In this document: positions 59,392 to 64,000 of the stretch, piece by piece
How positions within the stretch are numbered: position 1 is the first letter of the stretch
Layout: each line of letters starts with the position of its first letter
NCBI GenBank assembly: GCA_964591955.1
Contig: CAZQBT010000005.1
Span: 6,192 to 70,191, forward strand
Direction: 5' to 3'
DNA: 64,000 bases
From: an uncultured Brevinematales bacterium
Lineage (GTDB): Bacteria > Spirochaetota > Brevinematia > Brevinematales > CAZQBT01
Notes under the pieces: model-generated
What the model saw: the letters and a program-made list of their open reading frames with translations, nothing else
Told to the model about the DNA's origin: nothing
The model's database searches: none
Made by a program: the position numbers and the translations under genes

Positions 59392-61321
59392 TATTATCGG
59401 TATCGACACAAGCGGCGACTTGGATAAAATATCAAGTATCAGTCAAACGGAGGGAAGCGACTTCTTTACCGATAACATAGACTCCGCGCTTTTAAACAAA
59501 ACAATAGATATTGCACTACACAGCGCCAAAGACCTCCCCGATGAATTCCCTGAAGGGATAACTGTCGCCGCTATCACCGACGGCATAGATAAACGGGACG
59601 TTCTTGTCGTAAGGCGGGACTTGGTTGATTTCCTGAAGGATAAAGATATACCAAAGAGTTTTTCAATCGCGACAAGCAGTAAGCGAAGAAAAAAGCAGAT
59701 AAGCCAATATTTCCCCGATGCCGTAATAAAAGATATTCGCGGTAATATAGAGGAAAGACTCTCGCTGTTGGATAACGGATACGCGGACGGTCTTGTAATA
59801 GCCGCGGCGGGGCTTATCAGGCTCGGACTTGAAAAACGTATATTCAAATACCTCCCGTTTACAGTCCATCCGTTACAGGGTAAACTCGCATTTTGTATCC
59901 GTGAAGACGACCTGAGCCTTAAAACCGCGCTTGAAAAGATTGATACGCGAAAGAAATGGGGAAAGGCATATCTTGTGGGAGGGGGGCCGGGCGACCCGGA
60001 ACTTATCACGGTTAAAGCCCACCGTATCCTTGAAACCGCCGATATTGTTCTTTACGATGCTCTTGTGAGCGCGGAAGTATTAAACATCATACCTAAATCC
60101 GTTACAAAAATAGAATGCGGTAAACGCAAAGGCAATCACAGCGCTTCACAGGAAGAAATTAATAATCTGATTTTCACTTATATAGAGAAAGGAAAAACCA
60201 TTGCGCGCCTGAAAGGAGGCGACCCGCTTATATTTGCAAGAGGGGGCGAGGAGATTGAATTCTTAAAAAGAAATTTTGCCGATTACGACATAGTCCCCGG
60301 CATAAGCGCAGTGCAAGGCGTATCCGCATATTGCGAAATTCCCTTAACGCGACGGGGAGTCTCCTCCTCACTGCTTCTACTGACAGGACATCCGATAGAA
60401 AGCCTTGAAGCGCCGACCCCTGATTTCGCGGGAACTATCGCTATATATATGGGTGCAACGCAAACTAAAAAAATAGCATCCCTGTTCTTTCAAAAGGGAT
60501 GGTTACCCGATACACCCGTAATTGCAGTCTCAAACGCATCGCTGTATAATCAGGAAAAACGTTATATGAAATTAATCGACTTGGCATCGTCTCAGGAAAA
60601 AATCAAAACCCCCGCCCTGCTTATTATCGGCAAGGTCGCGGAATACGGGAAAACCAAAAGCCGTTTTGAGCACAAAAAGAAAGTCCTGTTTACAGGCACC
60701 TCCCCCGATAAATACCGCGACTACGGCGAACCGGTTATCCGACCGATGATAGAACTTGCTCCGCTTGACGATAAATCAAACCTTCACAAGGCTATCCGAA
60801 ATATCAATGGATACGACGCGATAGTTTTTACATCAAAGCACGCCGTCCGGTTTTTCTTTGAGGCGTTGTATTCTTCGGAAAAGGACGCAAGGTCGCTTTC
60901 CGAGTTGCAGGTTTATTCTATCGGGAGAGTTACATCGGGAGAACTGAAAAATTACGGTATCATTCCCGACGGACAACCCGTTTTTGAAAGCGCCGAGGGC
61001 TTGATTGAATATTTTATCAAGCATAAAATCAGGAACAAAAAAATAATAATCCCGCGTTCAAATCTCGCGCACCCGGAGCTTCCCGAAGGTTTGCGAAAAA
61101 TCGGAAATTCGGTTGACACGGTGGATACATATAAAAACGTTGCCCCATCGGAAAGCCCGAACATTGACTTTGATTTTATCGATACGGTAATTTTTACATC
61201 GCCGTCCGGGGTAAAGAATTTCAAAAAGATATACAAAAACCGTTTAAAACCCGGTACCGAAATCATAACTACCGGAAAAATTACGCAACAAGAGGTGGAG
61301 AATGAAAAGATTAAGACCTGA
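59291..61321 (+). CDS. Triple fusion: porphobilinogen deaminase-like (domains 1-2 only), uroporphyrinogen-III C-methyltransferase, and uroporphyrinogen-III synthase
   Basis: aa 1-218 (HemC): IIRLGTRKSALALKQ, ALHSAKDLP, ATSSKRRKKQ, IRGNIEERL. aa 224-455 (TP_methylase/CobA): AYLVGGGPGDPELITVKA...RLKGGDPLIFARGGEE...VPGISA. aa 463-676 (HemD): ...AIVFTSKHAVRFF...VIFTSPSGVKNF. Start set to ATG 59291. Confidence 0.8.
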   Translation: MIIRLGTRKSALALKQTEEAIPILKEALASAKFDIIGIDTSGDLDKISSISQTEGSDFFTDNIDSALLNKTIDIALHSAKDLPDEFPEGITVAAITDGIDKRDVLVVRRDLVDFLKDKDIPKSFSIATSSKRRKKQISQYFPDAVIKDIRGNIEERLSLLDNGYADGLVIAAAGLIRLGLEKRIFKYLPFTVHPLQGKLAFCIREDDLSLKTALEKIDTRKKWGKAYLVGGGPGDPELITVKAHRILETADIVLYDALVSAEVLNIIPKSVTKIECGKRKGNHSASQEEINNLIFTYIEKGKTIARLKGGDPLIFARGGEEIEFLKRNFADYDIVPGISAVQGVSAYCEIPLTRRGVSSSLLLLTGHPIESLEAPTPDFAGTIAIYMGATQTKKIASLFFQKGWLPDTPVIAVSNASLYNQEKRYMKLIDLASSQEKIKTPALLIIGKVAEYGKTKSRFEHKKKVLFTGTSPDKYRDYGEPVIRPMIELAPLDDKSNLHKAIRNINGYDAIVFTSKHAVRFFFEALYSSEKDARSLSELQVYSIGRVTSGELKNYGIIPDGQPVFESAEGLIEYFIKHKIRNKKIIIPRSNLAHPELPEGLRKIGNSVDTVDTYKNVAPSESPNIDFDFIDTVIFTSPSGVKNFKKIYKNRLKPGTEIITTGKITQQEVENEKIKT

Positions 61322-62270
61322 TAGAAAAAACCAACAAACCCGCGATAAACACGCCGAAACCTCACTTAGTATCAAGGACTTTATTTACCCGTATTTCGTA
61401 TGCGACACCCCCGAATTGGAAAAATCCATAGACGGGTTTGATAATATGAAGGTTCATTCAATCGACGGTTTGCTTAAAGATATGGAAGACACCGCCGCTC
61501 TCGGCATAGACAGGATTTTGCTATTCGGCGTTATCCCTCACTCCCATAAAGACGAAATCGGAAGTGCGGGCTTGAGAGAAGATAGCCTTATAGCAAAAGC
61601 AATAAGAAAGATAAAGCCCGCCTTTCCGAATATAACGGTTATAGCCGATGTCTGTCTCTGCGGATACTCCTCGCACGGACACTGCGGAATAGTTAAAGGC
61701 AGCGAGGTATTAAACGATGCCACTCTGCCGTATCTTGCTAAAATGTCATCGGTCTTTGCGGGGGCCGGCGCCGATATAGTCGCGCCCTCGTCAATGATGG
61801 ACGGGCAGGTTGCGGCAATACGCGATGAACTCAACAAACGGGGACTCGCTAAAACAAAGATTTTGGGTTACTCCGCAAAATACGTATCAAATCTATACTC
61901 CCCGTTTCGCAACGCCTCGTCATCATCGCCTTCATTCGGAGACAGAAAAACCTACCAGATGGACTTCCGCAACCGAAGCGAGGCTATGGAAGAAATCCGT
62001 GCGGATATTGAAGAGGGGGCGGATATGGTGATGGTTAAACCCTCGCTATTCTACCTTGATACGATTTATCAGGCTAAAACCGAATTTCCCGATATTCCGC
62101 TGGTCGCTTATCAGGTATCGGGGGAATATATGATGCTCAAAGAGGCATCGAAAAACGGTGTTTTTAACGAAACCGAAATTTTTAAAGAGGCGCTTATATC
62201 CGTAAAACGAGCCGGCGCAGATATGATTATTTCATATTACGCGAAGGAGGCTTGCAGATGGCTAAGATAA
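61302..62270 (+). CDS. hemB: Porphobilinogen synthase (delta-aminolevulinate dehydratase), Zn-type
   Basis: MKRLRP...FIYPYFV...; the Cys-rich Zn site DVCLCGYSSHGHCG; ...MVKPSLFYLD... (active-site Lys); ...AYQVSGEY... Confidence 0.9.
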   Translation: MKRLRPDRKNQQTRDKHAETSLSIKDFIYPYFVCDTPELEKSIDGFDNMKVHSIDGLLKDMEDTAALGIDRILLFGVIPHSHKDEIGSAGLREDSLIAKAIRKIKPAFPNITVIADVCLCGYSSHGHCGIVKGSEVLNDATLPYLAKMSSVFAGAGADIVAPSSMMDGQVAAIRDELNKRGLAKTKILGYSAKYVSNLYSPFRNASSSSPSFGDRKTYQMDFRNRSEAMEEIRADIEEGADMVMVKPSLFYLDTIYQAKTEFPDIPLVAYQVSGEYMMLKEASKNGVFNETEIFKEALISVKRAGADMIISYYAKEACRWLR

Positions 62271-63520
62271 ACCGCTCGATTGAGGCTTTTAAAGAAGCCC
62301 GTAAGGTGATAAGCGGAGGAGTCAACAGCCCCGTCCGTTCGTTTAAGGCGGTGGGCGGAAATCCCGTTTTTATACAATCGGGCAAGGGAAGCAAAATACG
62401 GGATTTGGACAATAACGTATATACCGACTTCTGTATGTCGTGGGGCGCTTTGATATTGGGGCATTGCGACAGGTTTGTAATACGGAAGGTTAAGAAGGCA
62501 ATATCCAAGGGGACAAGTTTCGGATGTCCTACGGAGACGGAAACCGAACTTGCAAAAATAATTTGCGATGCAATCCGTTCTATCGACAGGATTCGATTTG
62601 TAAATTCGGGGACGGAAGCCGTTATGAGCGCAATCCGTCTTGCCCGCGGATTTACCTCAAAAAACGGAATACTTAAATTCGACGGATGCTACCACGGGCA
62701 TAGCGACTCATTATTGGTAAACGCGGGTTCGGGCGTATCAGGAATCGCCAACTCATCAAGCAAAGGAATCCCCGGCGAGTTCGTTAAAAACACAATATCA
62801 ATCCCGTTCAACAACACGGAGATTTTAGAAAAAACCATAGAGGAGCATCATTCAAACCTCGCCTGCGTTATAACGGAGGTAGTTCCCGCAAATATGGGAC
62901 TTGTTTTGCCCAAGCGCGAATTTCTTGAAACATTGAGAAAGCTCACCGAAAAATACGGGATAGTATTGATATTCGATGAGGTAGTAACGGGTTTTCGCCT
63001 GCAATACGGAGGAGCGCAGGATTATTTCAAAATCGCGCCGGATTTAACCTGTCTCGGCAAGATTATAGGGGGAGGATTTCCCGTGGGGGCTTTTGGAGGC
63101 AGAGAGGAGATTATGCAAAACCTCGCGCCGACGGGAGACGTATATCAGGCGGGAACGTTGTCGGGTAATCCGGTAGCGATGAGCGCGGGTATTGCAACAC
63201 TCGCCAAGTTAAAAAGCGGGCAAATCTATAATAAACTGAACGCCCTCGGCGCGAAAATCGAAAAAAGACTTAGCCCTAAACTGAATTTAAAGCGTCTCTG
63301 CTCTATGTTTACGGTGTTTTTCACAGACAAAACCGTAAAGAATTACGATACGGCAAAAACTTCCGACACTTCGGAGTTTGCACGATGGTTTAACTATATG
63401 CTTGATAACGGCATATATTTATCCCCCTCGCAGTTTGAAACGAATTTTATCTCGGCGGCTCATACGCCGGCGGATATGGAAAAGTTTATAAATTCAGCAG
63501 AGCGGTTTATTTCGCAATGA
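62258..63520 (+). CDS. hemL: Glutamate-1-semialdehyde 2,1-aminomutase
   Basis: ...ISGGVNSPVRSFKAVGG...DFCMSWGALILGH...FDEVVTGFR...DLTCLGKIIGGGFPVGAFGG (PLP Lys)...GTLSGNP. Start set to ATG 62258 (GGAGG 7 nt upstream). Confidence 0.92.
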   Translation: MAKINRSIEAFKEARKVISGGVNSPVRSFKAVGGNPVFIQSGKGSKIRDLDNNVYTDFCMSWGALILGHCDRFVIRKVKKAISKGTSFGCPTETETELAKIICDAIRSIDRIRFVNSGTEAVMSAIRLARGFTSKNGILKFDGCYHGHSDSLLVNAGSGVSGIANSSSKGIPGEFVKNTISIPFNNTEILEKTIEEHHSNLACVITEVVPANMGLVLPKREFLETLRKLTEKYGIVLIFDEVVTGFRLQYGGAQDYFKIAPDLTCLGKIIGGGFPVGAFGGREEIMQNLAPTGDVYQAGTLSGNPVAMSAGIATLAKLKSGQIYNKLNALGAKIEKRLSPKLNLKRLCSMFTVFFTDKTVKNYDTAKTSDTSEFARWFNYMLDNGIYLSPSQFETNFISAAHTPADMEKFINSAERFISQ

Positions 63521-63540
63521 AAAAAATTTCGGCAAACCGC

Positions 63541-63569
63541 TTGACTTAATAATATAATTGTAGTATGAT
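63541..63569 (+). promoter_or_regulatory. Sigma-70-type promoter upstream of the last ORF
   Basis: TTGACT (63541-63546), 17-nt spacer, TATGAT (63564-63569). ATG 63588. Confidence 0.4.
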
Positions 63570-63587
63570 TATATAACGAGGAAAAAT

Positions 63588-63974
63588 ATGAATATAAAAA
63601 CCATCCTCAAAAAGGGCATGACTCTTGTTTTTATCTCAATAATTTCGATAAGTTTGACGGCGTTCCAAAAGATATGCTGCTGTAACACAATATCGCAATC
63701 CGATTTTACCGCAGTATCATCTCCCTCACCGTCTATCGTATCATCAAATCTTTGTCATAACCATCTCGAAAAAAGCGAGGGAATTTGTTTTAATCAGGCG
63801 GATGAAACAAAACCCGTTACGGTTTTAATCGCGGAAAATTCCGTAAATTTTATAGCCGATACTCCCCCCGTAAGTGATTTTACCTTCTCCCGAAAAGCCG
63901 ATACATTTATTAATCAACCTTCAATTCAAACAAAATTCCCAATTTTTCTTAAGCCGGTCATCCTCCGTTGTTAG
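63588..63974 (+). CDS. Small secreted/membrane-anchored hypothetical protein with a CCC motif
   Basis: 128 aa. N-terminal hydrophobic helix LVFISIISISLTAF, then KICCCNT, LCHNH and GICFNQ. No family recognised. Confidence 0.4.
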   Translation: MNIKTILKKGMTLVFISIISISLTAFQKICCCNTISQSDFTAVSSPSPSIVSSNLCHNHLEKSEGICFNQADETKPVTVLIAENSVNFIADTPPVSDFTFSRKADTFINQPSIQTKFPIFLKPVILRC

Positions 63975-64000
63975 ATTTGCCTTTGCTCCATTATCCTACT

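Noticed and set aside
1-64000. CRISPR arrays, rRNA/tRNA genes, IS elements, integrases and prophage genes
   Set aside because: Intergenic regions are short (at most 266 bp) and AT-rich. None shows regularly spaced repeats or a cloverleaf-compatible sequence, and no ORF carries transposase or integrase motifs (DDE, or R-H-R-Y tyrosine recombinase). Nothing supports such a feature.

Overview
The window is a gene-dense chromosomal segment (about 60 protein genes, both strands), probably from a diderm bacterium of spirochaete type. That guess rests on two tandem FlaA-like sheath proteins, an LptD-like OMP, many lipoproteins and a cheB. I found no rRNA, tRNA, CRISPR array, transposase or integrase. 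All family calls come from motifs read by eye in the supplied translations; no database was searched.

Most of the window is housekeeping. This includes tgt, panD, rdgB, UDG, priA, mrdA-rodA, amt-glnK, GH13 glycosidases, pabBC, moxR and NfeD.

Three regions stand out:

- **49.97-63.5 kb, a sulfur-incorporation supercluster.** It contains a ThiS-like sulfur carrier (ending FMGGG) translationally fused to an O-acetylhomoserine sulfhydrylase. Next come a ThiF/MoeB E1, a JAMM peptidase, and a siroheme sulfite reductase with a C-terminal TusA domain. A complete co-linear siroheme pathway follows: sirC, hemA, a hemC-cobA-hemD triple fusion, hemB and hemL. Upstream sit a DsrE-like/TusA pair, a porin and a periplasmic FMN-binding protein. 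The DsrE and ThiS-MetY operons share a near-identical promoter/operator/leader (63 of 77 nt by hand alignment). This resembles a fused variant of the protein-thiocarboxylate homocysteine pathway.
- **16.9-18.55 kb, an AT-rich two-gene insert.** An ABC/AAA_21-type ATPase is followed by a 148-aa unknown protein, in the style of a defence-island module.
- **46.08-46.11 kb, a textbook sigma-54 promoter.** It reads TGGCAC-N5-TTGCA, abuts a perfect palindrome, and lies upstream of amt-glnK.

Several smaller oddities are listed separately. They include a HemC domain lacking its cofactor domain, a 101-nt hemA/hemC overlap, a GAF domain flanked by PilZ-like elements, a 9-repeat lipoprotein, two DUF1015 paralogues, and an NfeD operon without an SPFH partner.
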